This document shows, piece after piece, positions 45,266 through 55,474 of a stretch of DNA of 64,000 bases (position 1 is its first letter; each line of letters begins with the position of its first letter). This DNA comes from Actinomycetota bacterium. Its GTDB lineage: Bacteria > Actinomycetota > Acidimicrobiia > Acidimicrobiales > JAMCPD01. The notes beneath the pieces were generated by a model, which saw only the letters and a program-made list of their open reading frames with translations, was not told the origin of the DNA and did no database searches. The stretch spans positions 4,411 through 68,410 of the forward strand of contig JAMCPD010000002.1 of NCBI GenBank assembly GCA_023379935.1. Reading direction: 5' to 3'. Made by a program: the position numbers and the translations under genes.

Positions 45266-47203
45266 TTAAACTCCGGCACATTCCCCAATACCGACATCGG
45301 CAACGTAAGGTCCGGTTTCATCAAAGTCGATATAAAAGCCTGGGTTTTCTTCCGGGGTAGGGAAGTTGTCCAAGTCCGCCAAGTTTGCGGCAACAGCCTT
45401 TGCTCCTCCTTGTCTTTGTAGCCACTCATGAAAAGATTCACCCAAGTTGCGCTCATCTGCAAAACGGGCGATTACCCTAACGGCAGCTTCAGAGGCATTT
45501 TTAGCCGGTAAGCGAAGAGCTTTTGCCCCAAATGTCGCCCCATTTTCATCCACATAACCACCCAGAAACATTTGATACCCGGGAGCGGACTGCCCGTGTG
45601 CCCTTCGTTCCGCCCCCATAAAGCCTATGTCTGCTGTATGGTGTTGCCCGCAAGAGTCAGAACACCCTGAAATGTTGATTCTAACTTCACCTATTTCAGC
45701 CAGTCCGGCCTCTTCCAAAGCTCTGCTTATGTCGGTAGCCAACCCCCGTGACTGGGTTACCGCCAAGTTGCAAGAGTCCGCACCCGGACAGGATACTACA
45801 TCTCTGGCTAACCAAGCACATGGTGTACTCATCTTTATTGCATCCAAGCGTTTGAACAGTGTCGGGAGTTGTTCAACTGTCAGGTTTTTGAACACGAGGT
45901 TTTGTCGTATCGTGGTGCGTACCTCAGCTTGAAGCTCACGCTGAATATCTGCCAGTTCAGCGAACTGTTCAGATGTTATATCGCCAAGTCGTATGTGAGC
46001 GTATGCCGAAACCTTTCCACTGGGTGCCATAATTACATTGTAAGATAACCACTTCTGGTAAGGATCGGATGGACTGTTTTTGTCGTCCCGAAACGCTATT
46101 GGCTGAGAATAGGCATCCGGTACGGGGTTGGCCGATGTGAGTTCTCCCGGTAGATTGGCGGCCGGCGGAACAGGTTTTTCCGGTCCGAGATTCACCTGTG
46201 CGTTAGGTTCATCTCCCCATTTTTCCACCAACTCCGGTATCCCGCCCTTCCAAGTTACCGAAGCTATTAAAAACTTGCGTTCTTTTAGTATTCTCTCCCG
46301 TAACTCTTCAATTCCCATGGTGTCAAGCAGCCATTTCATCCTTGCTCTTATCTTGTTATCTCGATTTCCATAGTGATCAAAGGTGCGCAAAACAGCTTCC
46401 ATCGTCGGCAGCAGGAGTTCTCGCGGGGTAAACTCCTCCAGTACCTGAGCGGCATGTGGGGTAGCACTGAGGCCGCCGGCTATGAATAGACGGAACCCCT
46501 TTTCAAGCTTTCCTTCTTGTGTTGTTCTTGTTATGGCAACGACTCCTATGTCGTTGAAAGCACCTTGCGCACAGTCTTGCACACAGCCCGAGAAGCTGAT
46601 CTTAAACTTTCGCGGGAGTCTTTGAGAATAGGGATTACGCAAGAAATGCCTGAACGCGGCTTCAGCCCACGGGGTAATGTCCAGCACCTCCAAAGGACAT
46701 GCTCCCGCTAAATGACAACCTGTTATATTACGTACGGTGTCTCCACAAGCCTCCCTGGTGGTAAGTCCGACGCTTGCTATGTCCCGCAACAATGATGGTA
46801 CGGTATCCAACTTTACGAAGTGAAACTGTATATTCTGCCTGGTTGTTATATGCCCCCAGCCTCTTGAATACTTTTGTGCCACCTGTCCGAGCATCTCCAA
46901 CTGTTCTGGACGTACCCCGCCGTATGGGAGCTTCACCCGTACCATGTGTTCATTGTCTTGACGTTGCCCGTATATACCATTGTTGAGTCTGAAAATCTTA
47001 AAACTGTCTTCATCTAAGGTTCCGTCACGATAGGAAGAGAGCATCTTTTCAAATTTTTCGACATCTGCAAGTTCAGCAGGGTATGAGCTGGTTGGGACAG
47101 CTTCGCTTGATGGCAGAGGGTTGTTGGGGGTGGTTATCTGGTTTTTTGAACTGGCGTTGGTATCATCTGATGTTTTTTCATTTATGGCTGTAGTTTTTGT
47201 CAT
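45266..47203 (-). CDS. sirA: ferredoxin-dependent sulfite/nitrite reductase (siroheme, 4Fe-4S)
   Basis: Duplicated NIR_SIR halves and the Cys cluster VSCPGADSC...ISGCSDSCGQHHTADIGF. ATG at 47203 is preceded by GGAGA. The ORF-track TTG at 47248 lacks an RBS. Confidence 0.8.
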   Translation of the reverse strand: MTKTTAINEKTSDDTNASSKNQITTPNNPLPSSEAVPTSSYPAELADVEKFEKMLSSYRDGTLDEDSFKIFRLNNGIYGQRQDNEHMVRVKLPYGGVRPEQLEMLGQVAQKYSRGWGHITTRQNIQFHFVKLDTVPSLLRDIASVGLTTREACGDTVRNITGCHLAGACPLEVLDITPWAEAAFRHFLRNPYSQRLPRKFKISFSGCVQDCAQGAFNDIGVVAITRTTQEGKLEKGFRLFIAGGLSATPHAAQVLEEFTPRELLLPTMEAVLRTFDHYGNRDNKIRARMKWLLDTMGIEELRERILKERKFLIASVTWKGGIPELVEKWGDEPNAQVNLGPEKPVPPAANLPGELTSANPVPDAYSQPIAFRDDKNSPSDPYQKWLSYNVIMAPSGKVSAYAHIRLGDITSEQFAELADIQRELQAEVRTTIRQNLVFKNLTVEQLPTLFKRLDAIKMSTPCAWLARDVVSCPGADSCNLAVTQSRGLATDISRALEEAGLAEIGEVRINISGCSDSCGQHHTADIGFMGAERRAHGQSAPGYQMFLGGYVDENGATFGAKALRLPAKNASEAAVRVIARFADERNLGESFHEWLQRQGGAKAVAANLADLDNFPTPEENPGFYIDFDETGPYVADVGIGECAGV

Positions 47204-47522
47204 TTTCTCTAATATCTCCGTAGTTGTAATTATGACTATGTAGATCAATTATTACATAAATTGGATGTGTTGTCAAGAGTTTTTCACTTTTTACTTTAAA
47301 CTGCACGTCATCGATACCATTTGGTAACTTTATGTACTGTTGCACGGCAATTTTATGGGCATTTAAGATGAACGGAGCATCTGTTAGTACCTGCCACTCA
47401 ACAAGTTCCCGCACATTCCCAGACAGCAAAATAACCAAAGGCATGAAGCTGTCACACCGCTTTAGTATAGTGGTGATAATGGTTGATAAATGCCTTTGGG
47501 AAATGATTAATCGAGTGCTCAA

Positions 47523-49709
47523 GTGAACCGGCAACCGAAGCTAATGTCACAGGAGTTGCTGAAAGACGCACTTGCATTTCCGACGTACCCCGCCGGAGAT
47601 GAACCCGACAGAGATGAAGCCCAGAACCGTGTTTTGCTGGAAGATCTTGATGAGTTTCAGTATCAAGCTGTTACCACAGCCAGTATTCCACTTAGAATTT
47701 TAGCCGGTGCGGGTTCAGGCAAGACGAGAGTGTTGACTCGTAAAATAGCTTGGCGTATTCGGCAAAATACCGCAAAACCCTCCCATGTGCTCGCCATCAC
47801 TTTTACCCGTAAAGCGGCAGGGGAACTGCGAACACGCTTGAAAGATCTGGACATATCCCAAAAGACTACGATAGGCACTTTTCACTCTGTTGCGCTGGCA
47901 CAACTTAAAATATTCTGGTCTGATCATAACATTTCGCATCCTAGAGTAATGGCAAGCAAGAGTAAACTTCTGTCGGAACTGGTTGCATCTCAACAAGCTC
48001 ATTTTACTCGTGAACAAACAGAACAAGCGGGAATCGCTATGAAGACCTCTGAACTATCCGGAGAAATTGAGTGGGCTAAAGCGCGGATGCTAACTCCAGA
48101 AAGTTACTATGCCGCAGCATTGCGTGAGGGACGGAGTCCTACCATAGGAGTCTCCAAGGTTGTCGAACTTTATGACTCATATGAGCTTGCCAAAAAGAAA
48201 CGTAACTTAGTTGATATGGAGGATATACTTGATCAGTGTGCTGAAATGATTGAGCATAACAGTTTGTTCGCTGCCGGTCAACGGTGGAGATTCCGTCACT
48301 TTTTTGTGGATGAGTTCCAAGACGTCAACCCCGCTCAGTTCAGGCTCTTGAGAGCATGGGTAGGGGATCGAAAAGATCTTTGTGTTGTCGGTGACCCCAA
48401 CCAAGCGATTTATTCCTGGAACGGCGCGGACCCTTCTTTGCTGGATAATCTGGGGCGTTGCTGGCCTTCAATGGAAACTGTTACCCTCCCTAAGAACTAT
48501 CGCAGTACTCCTCAGATAGTAACTGTAGCTAACCGGGTCAAGATTAGAGCTGATATGGTTGTTTCCGGCGGAGTTGTCTCCGGCGGGGTTGGTGAAGGCA
48601 AGCCCAAAACAGTGCGCGATGGTGGGCCTATTCCGACCTTGACTTCTTATGTGAACGACGTTAAAGAGGCAACTGGAATTGCCCGATTGCTCCGCTGCGC
48701 TTGGGCAAGTGGGTATCCATGGTCTGCCATGGCTGTGTTGTTTCGAACCAATGCCCAGTTGTTGTTGGTACAGCAAACTCTAAAAGAAGCCGGTATTGCT
48801 TGTAATTGCGGTAATTCAGCAACGTTTATAAGGAAACCTGAGGTTTTAGATATATTGCGTGAGTGTAAGAAACTCAACAGCGGCTCTGAATTTACAACCT
48901 GGTTGGACGACGTATCCTTTGATGCCTCTTGCACTGACGTATCGGATACCCTCTCGGATACTCTGCAATCAGTAGTTTTTTTGGCTCGTGAGTATATTGC
49001 GACTGAAGAAACTCCTACAGGTAATGGGTTTTATGATTGGGTAATGACAGCGGCTTCGTTGGAAGCTGTATCGCAAGATAAAAATGCGGTTGAACTTGTG
49101 ACATTCCATCGTGCTAAAGGTTTGGAATGGCCGGTAGTATTTTTAGCCGGTTTGGAAGATGGATTTCTCCCGATGTCTCATGCAAGGACAGCTTCAGCTG
49201 TGGATGAAGAGCGAAGGTTGCTTTATGTGGCTGTCACAAGAGCTGAAGAAGAGTTGCACTGTTCTTGGGCGCAGTATAGAACCATCAATAAACGCACGAT
49301 ATCGCGACAACCTTCACCCTGGCTTAGTGAGATAGCGGATGCTATTGATGCGATGGAAGGGGATAGGCAAGGTGGGCAAAGTCAATCAAATCTGTCCAAG
49401 TTTATTGCTGATGCTCGTGCCAGTTTGAATGCTTCGCGCACAGACAGTTTTAACTCTAGACCATCTGTGGTTTTGGAACGTCTTGCCAACGAAGAAGTTT
49501 TGAAGTTACTTCGTGAATGGCGTGCAGGGATGGCTCGTGTAGCATGTGTCCCTCCGCATGTGATAATGCATGACTCAACATTGGCTGAGTTGGCATGTGA
49601 ACTACCCACCAACAATGAGAAGCTTATGGGGATAAAAGGGATTGGACCTATAAAAGCAATGAGTTTTGGTGAACAGGTATTGGAAATCATCAAAAAAGGT
49701 ATCTCGTAG
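47523..49709 (+). CDS. UvrD/PcrA/Rep-family ATP-dependent DNA helicase with C-terminal HRDC domain
   Basis: Walker A AGAGSGKTRVLT, motif II FVDEFQDVN, TFHRAKGLEWPVVFL, LLYVAVTRAEEEL. The HRDC-like tail is VPPHVIMHDSTLAELA....GIKGIGPIKA. Confidence 0.85.
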   Translation: MNRQPKLMSQELLKDALAFPTYPAGDEPDRDEAQNRVLLEDLDEFQYQAVTTASIPLRILAGAGSGKTRVLTRKIAWRIRQNTAKPSHVLAITFTRKAAGELRTRLKDLDISQKTTIGTFHSVALAQLKIFWSDHNISHPRVMASKSKLLSELVASQQAHFTREQTEQAGIAMKTSELSGEIEWAKARMLTPESYYAAALREGRSPTIGVSKVVELYDSYELAKKKRNLVDMEDILDQCAEMIEHNSLFAAGQRWRFRHFFVDEFQDVNPAQFRLLRAWVGDRKDLCVVGDPNQAIYSWNGADPSLLDNLGRCWPSMETVTLPKNYRSTPQIVTVANRVKIRADMVVSGGVVSGGVGEGKPKTVRDGGPIPTLTSYVNDVKEATGIARLLRCAWASGYPWSAMAVLFRTNAQLLLVQQTLKEAGIACNCGNSATFIRKPEVLDILRECKKLNSGSEFTTWLDDVSFDASCTDVSDTLSDTLQSVVFLAREYIATEETPTGNGFYDWVMTAASLEAVSQDKNAVELVTFHRAKGLEWPVVFLAGLEDGFLPMSHARTASAVDEERRLLYVAVTRAEEELHCSWAQYRTINKRTISRQPSPWLSEIADAIDAMEGDRQGGQSQSNLSKFIADARASLNASRTDSFNSRPSVVLERLANEEVLKLLREWRAGMARVACVPPHVIMHDSTLAELACELPTNNEKLMGIKGIGPIKAMSFGEQVLEIIKKGIS

Positions 49710-49722
49710 GTCTTAGTTTGCT

Positions 49723-50496
49723 GTGTTGAAAGCATTCTGTTCGGGACAGGTATTCGGGGTTCGCTATGGAACCGGAGTTCCTTGGGTGTTGACTTTACCC
49801 GGGTGGCAAAGAACCCATCAAGACTTTGAAGCCGTTTTTGCACCCGCTGCGGGAGATGGATCGGGTGATACGCCAATAGATGCCATAGTACTTGACCTGC
49901 CCGGATTTGGCAATACTCCTCCGCCTTCTGTTGTTTGGGGAACTCAAGACTATGCCGACTTAGTGAAAGATGTACTTGATGAATGTCAAGAACGGGTGGT
50001 GATACTGGGACATTCTTTTGGTGGGAGGGTAGCTCTACAGCTGGCCACAGCTTTAGAGCACAGGGTTTCCGCATTGATATTAAGTGGTGTTCCGCTGCTT
50101 CGCCTAAGACCTATCTCTGAACCATCGTTGTTGTATCGCCTTGTACGCAGGTTGTATTCATCGGGGTTTTTATCTGAGCAGAAAATGGAGAAGGTGAGGC
50201 GCCACTATGGTTCTGCTGATTACAACGCAGTCCAAGGGATAATGCGTCAAGTGTTGATAAGGGTGGTGCAAGAAAGTTATGAAACTCGACTGCCGTCATT
50301 GACCTGCCCCGTAGAACTTGTATGGGGGAAGGATGATGACCAGACTCCTTTGGAGTTGGCCGTAAAAGCAAAAGAGTTAATCCCGCATGCTCATTTAACC
50401 AGCTGCGAAGGTGTTGGGCACCTTCTTCCCATTGAAGCTCCGCAAGTTTTACGTAGCGTATTGTTACGCTATAGTGATAGGTTGACCAATCAGTGA
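49723..50496 (+). CDS. alpha/beta hydrolase
   Basis: Nucleophile elbow GHSFGG, late GVGHLLPIE. 257 aa. Confidence 0.75.
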   Translation: MLKAFCSGQVFGVRYGTGVPWVLTLPGWQRTHQDFEAVFAPAAGDGSGDTPIDAIVLDLPGFGNTPPPSVVWGTQDYADLVKDVLDECQERVVILGHSFGGRVALQLATALEHRVSALILSGVPLLRLRPISEPSLLYRLVRRLYSSGFLSEQKMEKVRRHYGSADYNAVQGIMRQVLIRVVQESYETRLPSLTCPVELVWGKDDDQTPLELAVKAKELIPHAHLTSCEGVGHLLPIEAPQVLRSVLLRYSDRLTNQ

Positions 50497-52232
50497 GGCT
50501 ATACTGGTGGGTCCCCGCCGCATGCTGCCTTGGGGCTTTGTTTCCTGCGTTACTGCGGTGGGCAAGAGTTGCACAACGTGAACATTACATTACAGGCAGA
50601 GTTACACTTTTTGCCTGGAGATGGTGGTCATCGGGTATATTGAATTTGCTTCTCGCCTTGTTGGGGCTTTTCTGCCTTTTTGGTACTGCTTTTAATGTTT
50701 TCCCCTTAGTTTTAGCTGTTCTGGTAGCCGTGATAGTTGCTGTCGGTCCTGTTGGGCTTTCCATCAAGGGCAGAACCGGAGCTGTTGTATGGACGCGTAG
50801 AATGCGTATCTTAGTGGTTGTGTGGGGATGTTTGACTATATATATCTTCTTTGCCGGAATATTGTATAACAAGTTGTTATTTGGAGGAGCAATAAAGGTG
50901 AACCTAATACTTTTTGTGCTTGGCTTAGCCGCTTTTGGCGCTCCTTTTGTTATGGAGATTGCGTTGGTTCTCACAGCCCCTTACGAAAGAAGAGTTGCGC
51001 GGAGTTTTGTTGCCGAAGCCAGTATCAAATTGAAGAAGGTATCTCCTTATGTGATAGCTGTTACCGGTTCTTATGGCAAGACAAGCGCTAAGAACTACAT
51101 TGCTCATTTGCTGAAAGAGAAGTATTTTGTGTTGGCTACTCCGGCCAGCTTTAACAATAATGCCGGTTTAGCCCGTTCAATCAATGAACAGCTTATGCCG
51201 TCCACCCAAGTATTTGTAGCAGAGATGGGTATTTATGGTCCGGGGGAAATTTCCGCTATGTGTACTTGGACCGAACCCAAGATATCTGTGATAACTGCCA
51301 TAGGTCCGGTCCACTTAGAGAGGATGAAGACCATGGAAAGAATAGTCTCTGCCAAGGCTGAGATATTAGATGGTGCATCAGTGGGGGTGCTCAATATTGA
51401 CAACCCTTATCTATCCAAGTTGGCGAACGAGTTGGAAGCTGCTTTGGCGGGGCGTGAGCCTGAAGAGTTTTCCGGTGGCATTCTCGGCTCCGGTAACTCA
51501 AAAAAGTTTAATATTCCAAAGAAAATAGTCCGTTGCTCAACAAGGGATATTTCTGTTGATGTTTGTGTCCTTCGTGTCGGTTCGGAAGAAATCGAGCACT
51601 CTCCCGAAATCGTCGAATCTTTGAAAATCCAAACTCTTGATCTGTATGAAAGAGGATCGTTGGTGGCGAAGAGCTCTTGTCCTTCAAATATTCATTTGTC
51701 AAATATTGCATGTGCTATAGCGGTTGGGTTGGAAATGGATATACCATGGGAAAAGATTGCAACATTGCTTCCTTTGATACCCGAGGTGCCCAACCGCCTT
51801 GTTATCTCCCAAAATCAGAAGGGGGTCACTGTTATTGATGATACCTACAACTCTAACCCTACGGGCGCCAAGTCGGCTTTGGATTTGCTGGGTAAGCTGG
51901 CCAACTCGGCGGCAAGGGAAACCTCCGAAGTGAGCCGTTGTGTGCTTGTAACCCCGGGTATGGTAGAGCTTGGTAAACGTCAGAAGCAGGAGAATTTTCA
52001 GTTTGCAAAGCTTGCCGGTGAAATAGTTACTGACCTGGTTGTCGTGGGGCGTAGCAATAAGAAAGCTTTGATTGACGGCATAAGAGCGACTCGGATGGAC
52101 GGAACACAACCAGATGGGCCGCAAGTTATAACTGCCAAGACGTTACCCAAGGCGCTTGATTGGGTGCGCAGAAACTTGATCCAAGGCGACGTGGTTCTTT
52201 ATGAAAATGATCTTCCTGACCATTTTCCCTAA
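50493..52232 (+). CDS. Mur ligase family protein (MurF-like) with ~165-aa polytopic membrane N-terminal domain
   Basis: Four to five hydrophobic segments come first, then VIAVTGSYGKTSAK, AEMGIYGPGEI, ITAIGPVHLERM, DDTYNSNP. GTGA overlap with the upstream hydrolase gene. Confidence 0.75.
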   Translation: MRLYWWVPAACCLGALFPALLRWARVAQREHYITGRVTLFAWRWWSSGILNLLLALLGLFCLFGTAFNVFPLVLAVLVAVIVAVGPVGLSIKGRTGAVVWTRRMRILVVVWGCLTIYIFFAGILYNKLLFGGAIKVNLILFVLGLAAFGAPFVMEIALVLTAPYERRVARSFVAEASIKLKKVSPYVIAVTGSYGKTSAKNYIAHLLKEKYFVLATPASFNNNAGLARSINEQLMPSTQVFVAEMGIYGPGEISAMCTWTEPKISVITAIGPVHLERMKTMERIVSAKAEILDGASVGVLNIDNPYLSKLANELEAALAGREPEEFSGGILGSGNSKKFNIPKKIVRCSTRDISVDVCVLRVGSEEIEHSPEIVESLKIQTLDLYERGSLVAKSSCPSNIHLSNIACAIAVGLEMDIPWEKIATLLPLIPEVPNRLVISQNQKGVTVIDDTYNSNPTGAKSALDLLGKLANSAARETSEVSRCVLVTPGMVELGKRQKQENFQFAKLAGEIVTDLVVVGRSNKKALIDGIRATRMDGTQPDGPQVITAKTLPKALDWVRRNLIQGDVVLYENDLPDHFP

Positions 52233-52329
52233 GGTGTGCCGTTCTGTCTTCCCGCTTACCTATTGTGGCTAACTTAGCGAGGAGTCAAGGACATTATATC
52301 CTTCTATTCAACTGTGCTATCTTGGTAGT

Positions 52330-53553
52330 GTGAATAGTTTTTCGTCTGTAGCTGTGATATTTGGCGGCCCTTCGCCTGAACATGATGTAAGCATACTTAC
52401 AGGGCTTCAAGCAGCGAGAGGGCTAAAAAGTGCCGGTATGACAGAACAAATCAAGGCTTTTTACTGGGCGAAATCCGCTCAGTGGTATGAAGTTGATCCT
52501 TTTGTCGAAGCAGAAGCTTTTTTACAGGGACTACCCGACAAAAGCCGTAAGTTGAACTTCTTGGCAGTGCCGGAGGGGGGGTTTTTCTATGAAGGTGGTT
52601 TTGCTGGTTTTGCTAAAACTGTCAGCAAAAAAAAGTCAATAGGGGTAGATGTTGTTCTCAACTGTTGTCATGGAGGACCCGGTGAGGACGGTACTTTGCA
52701 AGCTGCACTGACTTTAGCTGGAGTACCCTATACAGGACCTTCGGTTGCTGGAGCCGTTTTAGGCATGGACAAGATGTTATTTTGGACATTGGTCCATTCA
52801 GCAGGCCTGCCCGCTTTACCGAGAATATCCATACCGCCCATACAGCGGGGGGAGAAGGGACAGGCAAAACAGGATCCAAGTCAATTAAATGAACCGGAGG
52901 ACATAGGGTTTTTTGGGGATATAGGACCTTTTATAGTAAAGCCCCGTTTTGGCGGTTCTTCGATTGGCATAGAGGTAGTTGAAGATTTGGATACAGCTCG
53001 TGCGCTGGTTGCTTCCACTCCCCATTTCATGCAAGGTGCTGTTGTGGAGCCGTACCGCAATGAGCTGTTTGACTTACAGATTGGGGTTAGGACATGGCCC
53101 AAACTGGAGTTCTCAGCTATTGAGCGTCCTTTTCGCGCTTCTTCCAACTCTGTTTCTTTCAACTCCGGGATTCTCGGGTACGCCGACAAGTATGTAAGCG
53201 GTGAAGGTATGTTAACTGCTCCAAGGGAACTTCCGGCCAAGTTGTCGCAAAGTCTGGAACATCGGCTGCTTGTTCTAGCAACCCGAGTCGCTTTGCTATC
53301 CGAAGTGCGTTCTGTGGCCAGAATTGATTTTCTTTCTGATGGGAATGAACTGTATATAAACGAAATAAACACCATTCCAGGATCGTTAACCAGGCACCTG
53401 TGGGTGGATCCGCCTATTTCCTTTGAGGACATTCTCAGTGATATGCTATCTGAAGCAATCTCTATTCCTATGGGCATGAATATGTATACAACTCAAGGTG
53501 CGGATGGAACTGCTCTTAGAAAGGCGGGATCTATTGCAAGTAAACTGGCGTAA
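52330..53553 (+). CDS. ddl: D-alanine--D-alanine ligase (ATP-grasp), long form
   Basis: VAVIFGGPSPEHDVS, VKPRFGGSSIGI, INEINTIPG. 407 aa. Confidence 0.75.
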   Translation: MNSFSSVAVIFGGPSPEHDVSILTGLQAARGLKSAGMTEQIKAFYWAKSAQWYEVDPFVEAEAFLQGLPDKSRKLNFLAVPEGGFFYEGGFAGFAKTVSKKKSIGVDVVLNCCHGGPGEDGTLQAALTLAGVPYTGPSVAGAVLGMDKMLFWTLVHSAGLPALPRISIPPIQRGEKGQAKQDPSQLNEPEDIGFFGDIGPFIVKPRFGGSSIGIEVVEDLDTARALVASTPHFMQGAVVEPYRNELFDLQIGVRTWPKLEFSAIERPFRASSNSVSFNSGILGYADKYVSGEGMLTAPRELPAKLSQSLEHRLLVLATRVALLSEVRSVARIDFLSDGNELYINEINTIPGSLTRHLWVDPPISFEDILSDMLSEAISIPMGMNMYTTQGADGTALRKAGSIASKLA

Positions 53554-53592
53554 AAATAAGTGTATAAAATTATTGTATGGCGGATATAAAAT

Positions 53593-54225
53593 ATGAATAG
53601 TCAAGACATTATGAATGAAGGTGAGGAGCTTGTGGCTGAGATACGGCTCCATTGGGTATTTATTATAAAACCCTTTGCACTCTCTTTGGCTCTGATAGCT
53701 TTGAGCATAGCGATATTTGTCCTGTTTCCCAAAGCACCTATATATGTTGCCATAGTGCTTGGTGGGTTGGTAGTGTTATCCGTAATGTGGCTTTTGGTCA
53801 AAGCGGCTAAATGGCACTCAAAAGTTTTGCTCGTAACATCCAGTCGCCTTATATATCAAGAGGGAGTCCTTTCAAAAAAGGGACAGGATTTCCGTTTGAG
53901 CAGGCTTAATGACATCTCCTTCTCGCAGCCTTTTTTCCTGCGAATTGTTGGCGCGGGAACTCTTGTTATAGAAACCGGCGGTGAACAAAGTCAACGTAGA
54001 TTTTCACCCATATCGCGACCCAGAGAGGTACTAAGCTTGATTAATGAACAGATAGAGGCACAAAGTCAAGGAGGAATGGTAGCCAGTGGGCACGAAGGTA
54101 TACATCCCAACAATGTTAAAACCATTCCTGAGCAGATTGAGCAACTCAATGAACTCTGTGTGAAAGGAATAATCACAAGAGAAGAGTTTGAGTCAAAAAA
54201 AGCTCAGTTGTTGCAACGTATGTAG
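53593..54225 (+). CDS. membrane protein with bacterial PH (YdbS/YdbT-like) domain and C-terminal SHOCT domain
   Basis: A two-TM hairpin is followed by LLVTSSRLIYQEGVLSKKGQDFRLSRLNDI. The C-terminal IEQLNELCVKGIITREEFESKKAQLL is SHOCT-like. Confidence 0.65.
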   Translation: MNSQDIMNEGEELVAEIRLHWVFIIKPFALSLALIALSIAIFVLFPKAPIYVAIVLGGLVVLSVMWLLVKAAKWHSKVLLVTSSRLIYQEGVLSKKGQDFRLSRLNDISFSQPFFLRIVGAGTLVIETGGEQSQRRFSPISRPREVLSLINEQIEAQSQGGMVASGHEGIHPNNVKTIPEQIEQLNELCVKGIITREEFESKKAQLLQRM

Positions 54226-54246
54226 CTGCATTCGTATATACGAATG

Positions 54247-55395
54247 CTATGAGTTGTTTGTTGTAGAGTATGCTTTTCCTGAAGCTGTTACCTTCCATGA
54301 CCGCACCGGAATGTCTCCAAGATTGACCGCCCCCTGCTTTGCCAGTGCCACTACACACCCGCCAAAGCCTCCCCCGGTCATTCGAACACCGTATACCCCG
54401 GGCAACCCACGCAAGATGTCGACGAGTTCATTTACTTCCGGAGTGGAAACTTCAAAATCTTTTATCAAGCTCAAGTGACTTTTGTTCATGATTTCGCCGA
54501 CGTTTCTGAAATCATTTCTGCCCAGGGTATCCACAAAATTCAACACCCTGTCATTCTCCGTTATTATATGTTTTGCACGCTTATAAATAGTAGAGTCTTT
54601 TATGTTTTTTTTAACAGACGGAAGGTCTTTTATTCCCAAGTTACTTAACGGTCCTACCAGTTTGGTAGCTGTTGCACATTCTTGTTGCCGCAGCGCATAA
54701 CCACTTGCACTGAGTTGACGATCCTTACCTGAATGTGCGACTATAACTTCTACATCTTCGGGTATCAGAACTAGTTTTGTTTCAAGAGATGAGAAGTTGA
54801 CCAACAATGCGTGGTTTTCGACTGCCGATACAGTTATCAGCTGATCCATCAATCCACACATTACTCCGGTAGCTTTGTATTCAGCTTCCCGACAGAGTTC
54901 AGCCAACTTCAAGGGTTCACCCTGATATCCGAAGGCCAGTGCCAGGGCGATCTCCAGTGCCGCAGAAGATGACAGCCCTGCTCCTATAGGCAGGCTGGAA
55001 AACACGTAACCGTTGCCGCCACTTATCCCATTTCCAAATAGTTCATCTTGTTTCAATAACTTATCTCGCTTTAATTGACCGCCACTTGATCTGGTTTCGT
55101 GAGATGAAGATTCAGTTATCATATACAATATAGCCATCATGTATCTTGCCCAGACAGGTTTCAGTTTTGGCAGTATGTAGTGCATATAGTCATGCTTATT
55201 TACGGCAAACTGTAACAGTTTTATTTGAGTACGCTGGTGATCATTGGCCGAGGTGAAGTCAAGAACCTCTCCTCCGTCAGGCCTGAAGATAACGTTCGTC
55301 CCCATATTGATTGCCATTGGCAGCCCAAAACCACCATTATAGTCTGTATGGTCACCTATGAGGTTGACCCGGCCTGGAGCGTAAGAATGAATCAA
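54247..55395 (-). CDS. galK: galactokinase
   Basis: GRVNLIGDHTDYNGG signature and GHMP motif LPIGAGLSSSAALE. Confidence 0.85.
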   Translation of the reverse strand: MIHSYAPGRVNLIGDHTDYNGGFGLPMAINMGTNVIFRPDGGEVLDFTSANDHQRTQIKLLQFAVNKHDYMHYILPKLKPVWARYMMAILYMITESSSHETRSSGGQLKRDKLLKQDELFGNGISGGNGYVFSSLPIGAGLSSSAALEIALALAFGYQGEPLKLAELCREAEYKATGVMCGLMDQLITVSAVENHALLVNFSSLETKLVLIPEDVEVIVAHSGKDRQLSASGYALRQQECATATKLVGPLSNLGIKDLPSVKKNIKDSTIYKRAKHIITENDRVLNFVDTLGRNDFRNVGEIMNKSHLSLIKDFEVSTPEVNELVDILRGLPGVYGVRMTGGGFGGCVVALAKQGAVNLGDIPVRSWKVTASGKAYSTTNNS

Positions 55396-55430
55396 TAGCG
55401 GATGAGGTTATCTAACTTATTGGGCTTGTC

Positions 55431-55474
55431 GGGTTTATAATGCCCGGGTTTATAATGCCCGGGTTTATAATGCA
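55431..55474. repeat. 15-bp tandem repeat gggtttataatgccc, about 2.9 copies
   Basis: Copies at 55431, 55446 and 55461 (the last partial). The last copy contains the stop codon of the GH1 gene. The array fills the GH1-galK spacer. Confidence 0.85.

Noticed and set aside
47178-47534. A 118-aa minus-strand ORF upstream of and overlapping the sirA start.
   Set aside because: It lies in the AT-rich divergent promoter region between sirA and the helicase gene. It has no RBS before either candidate Met and no recognisable domain, and it overlaps the RBS-supported sirA start. It is probably spurious.
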